From NCBI GenBank assembly GCA_044339115.1, contig JBIIWA010000015.1:4818-68817 (forward strand): a stretch of 64,000 nucleotides of DNA, read 5' to 3'. Both the position numbers and the translations under genes were made by a program. This document shows, in pieces, positions 18,373-28,722 of this stretch. Source of the stretch: Crocinitomicaceae bacterium. GTDB lineage: Bacteria; Bacteroidota; Bacteroidia; Flavobacteriales_D; Crocinitomicaceae. The notes beneath the pieces are model-generated. The model did no database searches. It saw only the letters and a program-made list of their open reading frames with translations, and had not been told where the DNA came from. Position 1 is the stretch's first letter. Every line of letters begins with the position of its first letter.

Positions 18373-21189
18373 TTACTCAAGAACCAAGCGCTTCACTTTT
18401 GATCCTATTTTAATTAAATAATTTCCGCTCGACCAAGAAACGCAGACAATGCCCGTTTGATAATTACTGATGATCTGTGCTGAAATTAATCTCCCTTGAG
18501 CATCGTATATTTGAATGGTCTCACCAAATAATTGCTCCGGACATTCAATCGTAACCTTATCACTGGCTGGATTGGGATATAGATTCCATTCTATAGATTC
18601 TTCTTCCAAACCAATTCCACTGTAAACAGTAATCAAAGAGGAATCGCTTTGTGAACATCCATTAGCATCAATAACGGTATAGTAAACGGTATGGGTTCCA
18701 AGTCCTGCTAAAGTCGGATGAAAAGAAGTTCCAATAACTCCAGTCCCGCTATAAACTCCTCCCAGAGGTAATCCTAGGCTTAAATTGAATGGATTGGAAT
18801 TGGAAGGTATATTGTTGTTCGTTTCTGTATAATCCATGGCTATATTTCCGAATAGGTTAACTGCAATTGAATCAATAGCTTGGCAATTGTTTGAATTGAT
18901 TCCTGTTACATGATATACTGCGCTTCCCGTTGGTGTAAAGGCTTGATTGTTTTGTACGTTTCCTTCCCAAATATATTGAGTAGCAGTGCCAGATCCACTC
19001 AAGGTAATTGGAATCCCTGGACAGGTGATGTAATTGTTTCCAGCATCTACATAAGGAAGTGGGTAAAGATTGAGCACGCGCAGAGGAGATCGTGTGACGC
19101 AACCTTGCATATCGGTAATCTTTACCTGGTATATCCCACTTAAAGCCGTATTTAAACTTGGACTTTGAGCTCCATTTGACCACACGATGGAGTTGATCAT
19201 TGCGTTTGTCGTAAATCCAATGGTAGCGGTTGAACCAAGGCAAATTCCTGATGGACCTGTAAAAGTTATAGCTGCATTTTTTGAGAGCAATAGGGCATGA
19301 GCATCAGCTTTACCATATCCGTAACCAAAGTTTGGAAGTGTTCCTGTATAGTTATCGGCTGCTGCCGTTGCCATCAAATCTTGTTTGAAACTTTGCCAAT
19401 TACCCAACTTACATTTTTCTAAATAGAGTCCAGCAATTCCAGAAATAACTGGAGCTGCCATCGATGTTCCTCCATTTCTAACATGAAAAGCACCCTGGTC
19501 AATAGAACTATTATTGGCTGGGTTAGATAAATACCATAAAGGTCCGGCGGTCAAGGATAAATCTCCACTTGCAGCAATGTCTGGTTTTATTACTCCATGT
19601 CTAGTTGGACCTTTACTGCTGTTTTCAGACAATTTCCCAACAGGAGTGGTCGAACTAGAAAGGTAATAGGTATTGTTCTTGTCAATATATCCCTTGCGAT
19701 TTCTGAAATTACCAACTGAAATTACTTGTTCGGAACAATTCCAAGAAGAAACAATAGATTGCAAAGAATCTGGTGCTTGGTAAAACTGAATAGGTGGGTA
19801 CTGAGTTACAGTAGGAACAGCACTTACAAAGTCACTTAATTGTTGCCAAGCACCACCCCAAACATCGTATTTACCTTGACCGTAAGTCATGAATCTATAT
19901 AAATAATTCAAAGAATCAATTTGACTGAAGAAGACTTGCATATGAAAATTTCCTCCAACAATTTCTCTGTATGATTCAATACATGCAAGTCGCTGTCCAT
20001 TAGTGTTGTAAATGGTATCATATAAAGGCGAAGTGTTTATATTTGAAAGCGCATTGTGAAAGTTGGAGTTTCCGCTAAAGTGAAAATTAGGTCCCGGACT
20101 ATCAGCTCCGAAGGCAAAATTATAATTGGCTTGTAAAGTGTCTGACCAAAGGTCGAAAAGTATTTTATTGGGACCTGCCAGACCAACTCCCGGGTTTCTA
20201 ATATTCCAGAAAAAACTAGTGTCAGAACTTACATTACCTGTGACATGGAACTTACCCTGATTTCCTGCGTTACCGGCTGCACATACTACAATGCGACCAT
20301 TTTGAGCGGAAACAAGTGAGGAAATGTAATCTGCCGCTGGGTCTTCTCCATCATGGCTGCCCAGGTAGGAGCCGACAGACAAATTAATTACTGCAGTTTT
20401 TCCGAGGGAATCGGCTAATTTGAAAATATAATCACAAGCATCTGCAATACTTAAAGTCCAATTGGGTAAACTAAAATTTGTTTCTACAATAACGATGTCT
20501 GCGTTTGGCGCTACGCCTTTATTTTTTGAATTTGCAAGTCCATTTCCTACTGCCATTCCAGAGACTGTTGTTCCATGTGCTGTTCCAGTTTCTAAACTAG
20601 TGCAAAGACCTTGATTAATGTCAAGACTGTCCCAAAGTACACCATAACCGTAGGGTTGAGGAGGGGAACTGTTGGAAATAGTGTGATCCCAATAACGCAA
20701 CACACGTGTTTTTCCATTGGCTTTTTTAAAGTCGGGATGGTTAAAATCTATTCCTTGATCAATTATTCCAATAAGTACATTTTTTCCGGTGTAACTGGTA
20801 TCCAACCCTTGTAGACCTTGGTGCACAAGATTTATTTTGTGTTTCAACAAGGCGCTGTCCGCTAAGGCCTGCGGATTAGAAAATTCGAAATATATGTTTT
20901 GAATCGCCTTCGATTGAAGTAAGGAGTCTACTATTTGAACGCTTGATCTGAAAAAAATCCAATTTTTATTCAAATATTTTATGGTTAATCCTTCTGATTC
21001 AATAGCTTTTAAATTGCTTTGTGTAAATGGTAAACTAAAATTACAAATCTGATTTTTATTTTGCTTGGCTAAATCTTGAAAATTCAATGGCTTTACTTGT
21101 GAATAAACGAAGTGCGTAAGGCAACATGTAACCAAAAATATAAAGCGCATTTTCATATTGAAATTTGATGGAAAGTTACAAAAAATCAA
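18373..21189 (-). CDS. S8 (subtilisin-like) peptidase with T9SS C-terminal sorting domain
   Basis: Catalytic triad contexts GIIDQGID, HGTTVSG and GGTSMAAPVISG. C-terminal WNLYPNPASDKVTI...LIKIG is a Por_Secre_tail-type domain. The real start is probably the MKMRFIF methionine at 21156. Confidence 0.85.
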   Translation of the reverse strand: MIFCNFPSNFNMKMRFIFLVTCCLTHFVYSQVKPLNFQDLAKQNKNQICNFSLPFTQSNLKAIESEGLTIKYLNKNWIFFRSSVQIVDSLLQSKAIQNIYFEFSNPQALADSALLKHKINLVHQGLQGLDTSYTGKNVLIGIIDQGIDFNHPDFKKANGKTRVLRYWDHTISNSSPPQPYGYGVLWDSLDINQGLCTSLETGTAHGTTVSGMAVGNGLANSKNKGVAPNADIVIVETNFSLPNWTLSIADACDYIFKLADSLGKTAVINLSVGSYLGSHDGEDPAADYISSLVSAQNGRIVVCAAGNAGNQGKFHVTGNVSSDTSFFWNIRNPGVGLAGPNKILFDLWSDTLQANYNFAFGADSPGPNFHFSGNSNFHNALSNINTSPLYDTIYNTNGQRLACIESYREIVGGNFHMQVFFSQIDSLNYLYRFMTYGQGKYDVWGGAWQQLSDFVSAVPTVTQYPPIQFYQAPDSLQSIVSSWNCSEQVISVGNFRNRKGYIDKNNTYYLSSSTTPVGKLSENSSKGPTRHGVIKPDIAASGDLSLTAGPLWYLSNPANNSSIDQGAFHVRNGGTSMAAPVISGIAGLYLEKCKLGNWQSFKQDLMATAAADNYTGTLPNFGYGYGKADAHALLLSKNAAITFTGPSGICLGSTATIGFTTNAMINSIVWSNGAQSPSLNTALSGIYQVKITDMQGCVTRSPLRVLNLYPLPYVDAGNNYITCPGIPITLSGSGTATQYIWEGNVQNNQAFTPTGSAVYHVTGINSNNCQAIDSIAVNLFGNIAMDYTETNNNIPSNSNPFNLSLGLPLGGVYSGTGVIGTSFHPTLAGLGTHTVYYTVIDANGCSQSDSSLITVYSGIGLEEESIEWNLYPNPASDKVTIECPEQLFGETIQIYDAQGRLISAQIISNYQTGIVCVSWSSGNYLIKIGSKVKRLVLE

Positions 21190-21248
21190 TTATTTTTAAA
21201 TTAATTGTTGGAAAATACTTTTCCTTTTAGTTTACTCATTTATGATAA

Positions 21249-22661
21249 ATGCTATTTTTGATAAAAATTAATTCTATGAAACATCTACGTTTATTTTCTA
21301 TGCTTTTTGTATCGTTATTTTTAACGGTTAATTTTCTTTTTGCACAAGCACTTCCTGGGACATTAAATTGGTACAATGGCGATGGTCAAGGGATGTCCAC
21401 CAATAAAGCTTATGATCTACTTAAAAAGAAAAAATCAAGTCCTGTAATCGTAGCGGTGATTGATTCTGGTTTGGATATTGAACATGAAGATTTGAAAGGT
21501 AAGGTTTGGGTGAATAAAGGGGAGATTCCAAACAATAAAATTGATGATGATAAGAATGGTTTTGTAGATGATGTTCATGGTTGGAATTTCCTTGGAAATG
21601 CATCAGGAGAGAATCAAGGTCCAGCACGCTTAGAAAAAACAAGAATTTTAGCTCAATTAATGCTCAAGTATGATGGAATTGATCCTCAAACGATAGCGTC
21701 TGATCCTGAATTTGATTTGTACCTTAAAGTGAAAGAAGATGTTGAAGCGGCTATAGCTGAATTTGAACCTTATAGAGAGTCTTTAGATCAATTTGATGCG
21801 GACACAAGAAATTACATCTTGGATCAATTGAATTATAATTTGAATGTGAATTATGATGACCGCGCCATTCAAGGAGATAATCCATCTGATTTTACAGATC
21901 TAAACTATGGCAATCCAGATGTAGAAGGAACGGATGCTTTGCATGGAACTCATGTTGCAGGTATTATAGCTGCAATTAGAGGAAATAATTTAGGCGGAGA
22001 TGGCGTAGCTGATAATGTACTTATCATGCCGGTAAGAGCCGTTCCTAATGGCGATGAACACGATAAAGATGTTGCTCTAGCAATTCGTTATGCAGTTGAT
22101 AATGGTGCAAAGGTGATTAATATGTCTTTCGGTAAGGATTATTCTTCTTTCCCAGAAGAAGTGGCAAATGCCATTTATTATGCTGAAAGTCATGATGTTT
22201 TACTCGTGCATGCAGCAGGAAACGATGCGAAAAATATTGATATTGAACCCAATTATCCGGAAACTTATAATTTTGAAGGTACAGGTGTAGTTCATGATAA
22301 TTATCTAACCGTTGGTGCCTCAACCAAAAATAAAGAGGAGCTGGTAGCAAGCTTTTCTAATTACGGGGCAGTAGGTGTAGATGTTTTTGCTCCTGGTTTA
22401 GAGATCTATAATTCTGTACCGAATAATGCCTATCAAAATTTGCAGGGCACCTCTATGGCTGCTCCAATGGTAACGGGCGTGGCAGCATTGTTAAAGTCTT
22501 ATTTCCCGTCTTTAACAATGTCGGAGATTAGAGGCGCAATTTTGTACACTGTTCAAATACCAGCTTCAGGCGCATTAAATGATCTGTGTAATACTGAAGG
22601 TATAGTAAATGTTTATAGTGCAGCAAAGTACTGCATGAAATTAGAAGCAGGTAAAAAATAA
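21249..22661 (+). CDS. S8 (subtilisin-like) serine peptidase, secreted
   Basis: VAVIDSGLD, HGTHVAGII and GTSMAAPMVTGVAA. The start is probably the MKHLRLF methionine at 21276. Confidence 0.85.
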   Translation: MLFLIKINSMKHLRLFSMLFVSLFLTVNFLFAQALPGTLNWYNGDGQGMSTNKAYDLLKKKKSSPVIVAVIDSGLDIEHEDLKGKVWVNKGEIPNNKIDDDKNGFVDDVHGWNFLGNASGENQGPARLEKTRILAQLMLKYDGIDPQTIASDPEFDLYLKVKEDVEAAIAEFEPYRESLDQFDADTRNYILDQLNYNLNVNYDDRAIQGDNPSDFTDLNYGNPDVEGTDALHGTHVAGIIAAIRGNNLGGDGVADNVLIMPVRAVPNGDEHDKDVALAIRYAVDNGAKVINMSFGKDYSSFPEEVANAIYYAESHDVLLVHAAGNDAKNIDIEPNYPETYNFEGTGVVHDNYLTVGASTKNKEELVASFSNYGAVGVDVFAPGLEIYNSVPNNAYQNLQGTSMAAPMVTGVAALLKSYFPSLTMSEIRGAILYTVQIPASGALNDLCNTEGIVNVYSAAKYCMKLEAGKK

Positions 22662-22663
22662 AT

Positions 22664-23125
22664 ATGCGTTTTCTACTTATTGTATTTCTTTTTCTTACTT
22701 TACCCCTTGGTGTTTTTTCACAAAAATCAATTGATAAAGAGTTAAATATTTTAATTGATTCTTGGCATCTGGCGGCAACAAAAGCGGATTTCAATACTTA
22801 TTTTTCAAAGGTAAGTGCTGATTTTGTTTTTTTAGGTACCGCTCCGGGAGAACGCTGGGAGAAGGCTGAATTTGAATCTTTCTGTAAACCTTATTTTGAT
22901 AAAGGTAAAGCGTGGGATTTTGTTCCTTCTAATCGAAATTGGAAATTTGCTGATAAAGGCAAGTTCGCCTTTTTTGATGAGGATTTAGCTACTTGGATGG
23001 AAGGTTGTAGAGGAAGTGGCATCTGTACTAAAGTTAATGGGGAATGGAAGATCATTTATTACAACCTTACTGTTCTTATTGAAAATGAAAAAATAAAGTC
23101 CTTTATTTCTTTAAGAAAAGAATAA
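22664..23125 (+). CDS. NTF2-like (SnoaL/DUF4440-like) secreted protein
   Basis: Signal peptide, 153 aa, and a W/F-rich pattern (SWHLAATKADFNTYF...) suggestive of an NTF2-like fold. Weak call. Confidence 0.35.
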   Translation: MRFLLIVFLFLTLPLGVFSQKSIDKELNILIDSWHLAATKADFNTYFSKVSADFVFLGTAPGERWEKAEFESFCKPYFDKGKAWDFVPSNRNWKFADKGKFAFFDEDLATWMEGCRGSGICTKVNGEWKIIYYNLTVLIENEKIKSFISLRKE

Positions 23126-24009
23126 TGTTTGTTCCAGACAATTCCTTGAGTGCAACTCAAATTTATTTCTCTAATCAACTGCAGGGTCTTTTTTCTGAAA
23201 GGGAAGTCAAAACGATGTTTGAAGCATTAATTAAACAGCGTTTAAATTGGACTTCTGCTGATTTTTTACTCCACCATGAAGCGCGATTATCTGAATCTGA
23301 CTTACTATTCATTCGATCAGCCGTAAAGCGCTTATTGCTTCATGAACCGTTTCAATATGTCATTGGAAATACTGAGTTTTATGGTTTATCAATAACTTGT
23401 GCTCCAGGTGCTTTGATTCCTCGACCAGAAACTGAAGAATTGGTGGATTGGATCTTAGAGGAATTAAAAGGAAAGGAATCGAAAATATTAGATATTGGAA
23501 CGGGATCAGGTTGTATTGCTCTCGCATTGAAGAAAAATACAATCAATTCCAATGTTTGGGGACTTGATGTAAGTGAAACTGCCTTAACCATTGCAAAAGA
23601 GAATGCTCTTGCACTCGAATTAGAAGTAGGATTTTTATCTCAAGATATCTTAAGTGATTATCCACTTGATTTTGAAAATGATTTTTTCGATGTAATTGTT
23701 TCCAATCCGCCGTATATCCCAGTGAATGAACAAGTAAAAATGGATCAAAATGTACTTCAATTTGAACCACATGAAGCGTTGTTCGTTCCTGATCACGATC
23801 CTTTATTGTTTTATCGAGTAATTGCCACGAAAAGCTTAAGCTTACTAAAAAATAATGGGGTTTTGTTTTTTGAGATTCATGAAGATTTTGCTTCCCAAGT
23901 TAAAGATCTTTTGGCTGAACTTGGGTTTATAAACATTGAATTGAGGAAAGATTTACAAGGAAAGTTCCGCATGATAAAGGCACAAAGAGTATTTTTGAAT
24001 CATGAATAG
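23125..24009 (+). CDS. prmC: release-factor glutamine N5-methyltransferase
   Basis: PRPETE, SAM motif LDIGTGSGCIA and catalytic VSNPPYIP. Confidence 0.85.
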   Translation: MFVPDNSLSATQIYFSNQLQGLFSEREVKTMFEALIKQRLNWTSADFLLHHEARLSESDLLFIRSAVKRLLLHEPFQYVIGNTEFYGLSITCAPGALIPRPETEELVDWILEELKGKESKILDIGTGSGCIALALKKNTINSNVWGLDVSETALTIAKENALALELEVGFLSQDILSDYPLDFENDFFDVIVSNPPYIPVNEQVKMDQNVLQFEPHEALFVPDHDPLLFYRVIATKSLSLLKNNGVLFFEIHEDFASQVKDLLAELGFINIELRKDLQGKFRMIKAQRVFLNHE

Positions 24010-26014
24010 TGAAGCGGCTCAAGAACGCATAATTTCCTTATCAAATGACATACATAACTACAATCAATTGTACTATGTAGAGAATAAATCTGTGATTTCA
24101 GATTATGAATTCGATTTGTTGTTAAAGGAATTACAAGATCTTGAAAAACGCTTTCCTGAATTGCAACAAGTCAATAGTCCAACACAAAGAGTAGGTGGTG
24201 ACATTTCCAAAAAATTCAATACGGTTACACACCAATATCCGATGCTTTCTTTGGGAAATACTTATGCCGAAGAAGAAATTGTTGAATGGGTAAATCGCAT
24301 TCAAAAGTCAATATCAGATCCAATTGAATTCGTATGTGAACTTAAATATGACGGTGTTGCTATTGGTATTCGATATGAACAAGGCATTTTAACCAGGGCA
24401 CTCACAAGAGGAGATGGTCAAGCTGGGGAGGAAGTAACTCAAAATGTTAAGACTATTCGTTCGATTCCTTTAAAACTACAAGGCGATTTCCCTCCTGATT
24501 TTGAAATTCGAGGTGAAGTATTCATGCCTTTAACTCAATTTGAAAAGTTGAATAAAGAGCGTGACGAATTGGGTGAGCAAAGATTTGCTAATCCAAGAAA
24601 CACCGCTTCAGGCACCCTTAAGATGTTGGATTCTAAAGTTGTAGCATCTCGTAATTTAGATTCATATCTATATGGACTTTACGGAACTGATACTTCAGAT
24701 ACAGGTCATTATGAAACGGTGTTACACGCTGCGCAATGGGGATTTAAAACGCCTCTTCCTGAAGAACGTTTTATCGCTAAGGTGAATGCTGTTAGTGAAA
24801 TAATGGATTTTATTGATTTTTGGGATAAAAAAAGAGAGGATTTGCCTTTTGAAATAGATGGTATTGTCATTAAAGTCAATGATTATCAACAACAAAAAGC
24901 ACTTGGATTTACAGCTAAATCTCCAAGATGGGCTATTTCATTTAAGTTTAAAACAAAAAGAGTTGAGACGGAATTGCTTTCCTTGTCTTATCAGGTAGGA
25001 AGAACCGGTGCGATTACTCCGGTAGCTAATTTAAATGCTGTTCAACTCGGAGGTACTACGGTTCGTCGTGCTTCTTTATACAATGCAGATCAAATTGAAA
25101 AATTGGATTTACACCTTGGGGATTTTGTTTATGTCGAGAAAGGCGGGGAGATCATCCCAAAGATTGTCGGTGTAAACTTCGAAAAGCGCAAAAATGATTC
25201 AGAAGCAATTGTATTTATTACGCATTGTCCAGAATGTAATTCAGAGTTAAAAAGAAGAGAAGGGGAAGTACACCACTATTGCTTAAATGAAAGCTCTTGT
25301 CCTACACAAGTGATGGGCAAAATGCAGCATTTTATCAGTCGTAAAGCGCTTAATATTGATGGATTAGGAGAAGAGACTATTTCTTTGCTTTTTGAAAATA
25401 AATTAGTTTCAAATTGCGCTGATATTTATACGCTTTCAAGAGAAAAGTTACTTCTATTGGATCGAATGGCGGAGAAATCAGTCGATAATTTATTGTTTAG
25501 TATAGAGCAATCTAAAGCCATTAGTTTTGATCGTGTATTGTTTGGATTGGGGATTAGATTTGTTGGAGAGACTGTCGCTAAAAAACTCGCTAAGCATTTT
25601 AAATCAATGGAAAAGATTAGTATTGCTACCTTTGATGAATTGATAGAAGTAGATGAAATTGGAGAAAAAATAGCCATTTCGGTGCAGCAATATTTTCAAG
25701 ATTCTTCTAATTTATTATTGATAGATCGCTTAATGGAATATGGTTTGCAATTTACAATGCCTGATGAATTACTTTTATCTAGTATCTTTATCGGAAAAAC
25801 TTTAGTAGTGTCAGGTACATTTTTAGCTTTTTCTCGTGAAGAATTGAAACAATTGATTGAAAAAAATGGTGGGAAATTGGGGTCTTCTGTCTCAAGTAAA
25901 ACGGATTACTTAGTCGCAGGCGCCAATATGGGGCCAGCTAAATTGAAAACAGCAAATGACAATGGTGTAGTCATTCTTTCTGAGGATGATTTTATAAAAA
26001 TGATTTCGTTATGA
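24002..26014 (+). CDS. ligA: NAD-dependent DNA ligase
   Basis: Adenylation motif CELKYDG, Zn-finger HCPECNSEL...HYC, HhH region, and BRCT-like C-terminus (GKTLVVSGTF...). Confidence 0.95.
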   Translation: MNSEAAQERIISLSNDIHNYNQLYYVENKSVISDYEFDLLLKELQDLEKRFPELQQVNSPTQRVGGDISKKFNTVTHQYPMLSLGNTYAEEEIVEWVNRIQKSISDPIEFVCELKYDGVAIGIRYEQGILTRALTRGDGQAGEEVTQNVKTIRSIPLKLQGDFPPDFEIRGEVFMPLTQFEKLNKERDELGEQRFANPRNTASGTLKMLDSKVVASRNLDSYLYGLYGTDTSDTGHYETVLHAAQWGFKTPLPEERFIAKVNAVSEIMDFIDFWDKKREDLPFEIDGIVIKVNDYQQQKALGFTAKSPRWAISFKFKTKRVETELLSLSYQVGRTGAITPVANLNAVQLGGTTVRRASLYNADQIEKLDLHLGDFVYVEKGGEIIPKIVGVNFEKRKNDSEAIVFITHCPECNSELKRREGEVHHYCLNESSCPTQVMGKMQHFISRKALNIDGLGEETISLLFENKLVSNCADIYTLSREKLLLLDRMAEKSVDNLLFSIEQSKAISFDRVLFGLGIRFVGETVAKKLAKHFKSMEKISIATFDELIEVDEIGEKIAISVQQYFQDSSNLLLIDRLMEYGLQFTMPDELLLSSIFIGKTLVVSGTFLAFSREELKQLIEKNGGKLGSSVSSKTDYLVAGANMGPAKLKTANDNGVVILSEDDFIKMISL

Positions 26015-26481
26015 CAAAAAAAAATATTTGGAGTTCATCGCAATCTCTTATGGTAGTATTTGATTATAAAGATGATGATCAACTTAAGGAATTTAGAAAA
26101 GCATTGGATAAAATGTTGAATAATAGTCAAATTGGTCGGCTCATTATTATTGTAAATATCCCAAAGGATCTAGATAAAACAACATTACCGCCACATTTCT
26201 TGATTTATTATACTTCTCCTAATGATTATTCCTTCTTTGGTAAACTTAAGGATGTTCAGTTGGAAGCGGAATTGAGAAAAACTTATGATCTGTTAATCTG
26301 GTTTGATGAGCCTCAAGAAAAGCTTTTAAATGAAGCCAAGAATGCTCATTTTAATCGTAAGGTAATCGTTAATTCAGAACACAGTTATTTTGACTTAAGC
26401 CTAACTTCTAGTCATGAAAACCCTGATGAAATGCTTAACTTTGTTACTTCAACTTTAGAAAAAATCAATCTTTATGACTAA
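26011..26481 (+). CDS. hypothetical protein
   Basis: ATGA start/stop overlap with ligA and an 8-nt overlap with dapA indicate it is expressed within the operon. No motif recognised. Confidence 0.5.
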   Translation: MTKKNIWSSSQSLMVVFDYKDDDQLKEFRKALDKMLNNSQIGRLIIIVNIPKDLDKTTLPPHFLIYYTSPNDYSFFGKLKDVQLEAELRKTYDLLIWFDEPQEKLLNEAKNAHFNRKVIVNSEHSYFDLSLTSSHENPDEMLNFVTSTLEKINLYD

Positions 26482-27352
26482 TCCTTTTACAGGTGTAGGT
26501 GTTGCCTTGGTTACGCCTTTTGATGCTCAAGGTGCAATCGACTTTAATGCATTAAAGTCTTTAGTGCAATTGCAAATAGTTGGTGGAACTGATTTTTTGG
26601 TGGTCCAAGGAACTACTGGAGAATCACCAACGCTGAGTCAAGAAGAGAAGTTGATGGTTTTGAACACAGTGATTCAAGAGAATAATGGTCGGTTAAAGAT
26701 TGTTTATGGAGTAGGCGGTAATAATACCATAGCGGTAGGAGAAAATCTGAAACAAGTTCCTGAGGGTGTAGATGGTATCTTGTCCGTTTCTCCTTACTAT
26801 AATAAACCTACGCAAGCTGGAATTGTTAAGCATTTTGAATATTTAGCCACTTGTACAGATTTGCCTATCATTCTTTATAATGTTCCCGGTCGAACGGGAT
26901 CAAATATGTCTCCAGAAACTTCATTGGAATTGTCAAAAATTGAAAATATTGTCGCGGTAAAGGAAGCTTCTGGAAATATGGAGCAAATCATGGAGGTAAT
27001 TCGTCAAAGATCGGGTGAATTTGGAGTGTTGTCTGGAGATGATAATCTAACGATGCCCTTGATTGCCGCTGGTGCTGATGGAGTAATTTCTGTTGTTGCA
27101 AATGCTTTTCCAGAATTGTTTTCCACTATGGTTCACGCTGCCATGGAAGACGATTTAATTACTGCAAGAAAAGCACATTATGAATTGTTTTCGATTACAA
27201 AAATGTTCTTTGAGGAAGGTAATCCTGGTGGAGTTAAAATAGCTTTGGCTCAACGTGGAATAATGGAACCGTTTATGCGTATGCCTTTACATCCTGTTTC
27301 TGATAACCTTGCTGCTAGAATCCAAAAGGAGACGAAGAGAATTCTTAAATGA
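26474..27352 (+). CDS. dapA: 4-hydroxy-tetrahydrodipicolinate synthase
   Basis: GTTGESPTLS, YYNKPTQ, and Schiff-base lysine context AVKEASGN. Confidence 0.92.
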   Translation: MTNPFTGVGVALVTPFDAQGAIDFNALKSLVQLQIVGGTDFLVVQGTTGESPTLSQEEKLMVLNTVIQENNGRLKIVYGVGGNNTIAVGENLKQVPEGVDGILSVSPYYNKPTQAGIVKHFEYLATCTDLPIILYNVPGRTGSNMSPETSLELSKIENIVAVKEASGNMEQIMEVIRQRSGEFGVLSGDDNLTMPLIAAGADGVISVVANAFPELFSTMVHAAMEDDLITARKAHYELFSITKMFFEEGNPGGVKIALAQRGIMEPFMRMPLHPVSDNLAARIQKETKRILK

Positions 27353-28098
27353 AGTATTTTTATTTTCTTTTATTCTCAATGTTTCTTGTAGCTTGCGCTG
27401 CTAATGAAGAAAAAGAAGGCCCCAAATTACTTGACACCACAAGCAAGGATAAGCGGGTTACCCCCACAGATACTATTAAGAAAGTCAAAAGTGACTATAA
27501 AATCTCAGCTGATTTATGTGATGTCCAAAGTATTAATTCTTTAATTAAAGTAGAATTAAAGTATGCGACCAATGATAATTTTGTTAAAAAAGTTCTTTAT
27601 AAGAAAATAGATAAAGCTTATCTGCAAAAGGATGTAGCCATTAGATTGTCAAAATGTCAAGACTACTTAAGCGCTTTACATCCTGATTTGTATTTATTGA
27701 TTTATGATGCTGTTAGACCTGTAAGCGTTCAACAAATTATGTGGGATGCTCTAGATTCCATTCCTGTAAAACGAAGGATTAAGTTTGTGTCAAATCCAAA
27801 GAATAGAAGTATTCACAATTATGGTGCAGCGGTTGATTTGACTATATGCAATGCAGCCGGAAATCCATTGGATATGGGAGCAAAATATGATGAAATTGAT
27901 TCTATAGCTTATCCTTCTTTGGAAGCCTTATTTTTAAAAAGAGGTTTATTAACGAAAGAACAAATCGCAAACAGAGTTATTTTAAGAAAGGTAATGGCAT
28001 CTCAGCAATTTACCGGAATTGGCTCAGAGTGGTGGCATTTTAACGCGTGTTCTAGACAGACAGCAGCTTTAAACTATCAATTGATGTTGGAGGAATAA
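27349..28098 (+). CDS. M15-family D-alanyl-D-alanine dipeptidase (VanX/DdpX-like), lipoprotein
   Basis: YATNDNF, SIHNYGAAVDLT (H..D zinc ligands) and EWWHF. Lipobox-like LVAC. Confidence 0.75.
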   Translation: MKYFYFLLFSMFLVACAANEEKEGPKLLDTTSKDKRVTPTDTIKKVKSDYKISADLCDVQSINSLIKVELKYATNDNFVKKVLYKKIDKAYLQKDVAIRLSKCQDYLSALHPDLYLLIYDAVRPVSVQQIMWDALDSIPVKRRIKFVSNPKNRSIHNYGAAVDLTICNAAGNPLDMGAKYDEIDSIAYPSLEALFLKRGLLTKEQIANRVILRKVMASQQFTGIGSEWWHFNACSRQTAALNYQLMLEE

Positions 28099-28100
28099 AC

Positions 28101-28721
28101 TTAATAGTTAAGTAAAATTTCAGTCGTGTCAAAGGGCACACAATTCGCAGAAAGTTGACCTTGATTACTGGTTCCAAGAATGTAATAATATAAGGAATAC
28201 ATTTCATTGCCATTGTTAATACAATAGATGGTCGTATCCAAAGCTCCGTAATAATCTTGCTGCGAATTAGGACAGCATTCTGAACATCCTTGCAATCCTT
28301 CCTGTTTAATATATTGCAAGTGATCTGAAAATAAAGGGTTACTGTTGATGAATCGCAAGGCTACCCATGCTTTTGCTTTGGTACTGTAATTTCGCTCGTT
28401 GTCTTGTTTTAAATTTAAGCTGGAGTAATAAATAGTTTCTTCCAGAGGGAAATAATTATCTTTTGTGATGCTAAGAATGTATTTTTCCATTCTTTCACGC
28501 GGAAAGGTAAATCTAAAAGCACCGTCTTGTGTTAAGGTATAGGAAGAAACTAATATCTTCTGATTGCTACCAACTGGAACTTTATATAATTTTAATTCAG
28601 CTCCTTGCATGGGAATGTGAAAAGTATCGTCAGTAATAACTCCGTAAATAGTAAAGTTACCCGTTCCTTTTGTGCAGGAAGCTAATAATAAAAGCCCAAT
28701 AAATAAAAAGAAAAATCTCAT
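28101..28721 (-). CDS. hypothetical lipoprotein
   Basis: MRFFFLFIGLLLLASC lipobox. The internal ATG at 28721 is preferred over the 28748 start, which would overlap the upstream gene by 26 nt. Confidence 0.5.
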   Translation of the reverse strand: MRFFFLFIGLLLLASCTKGTGNFTIYGVITDDTFHIPMQGAELKLYKVPVGSNQKILVSSYTLTQDGAFRFTFPRERMEKYILSITKDNYFPLEETIYYSSLNLKQDNERNYSTKAKAWVALRFINSNPLFSDHLQYIKQEGLQGCSECCPNSQQDYYGALDTTIYCINNGNEMYSLYYYILGTSNQGQLSANCVPFDTTEILLNY

Positions 28722-28722
28722 A

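Noticed and set aside
18872-19243. 123-aa and 77-aa ORFs nested in the S8/T9SS peptidase gene (18872-19243 minus strand, 18910-19143 plus strand)
   Set aside because: They are out-of-frame or antisense within a gene that has clear catalytic motifs, so they are typical spurious ORFs.
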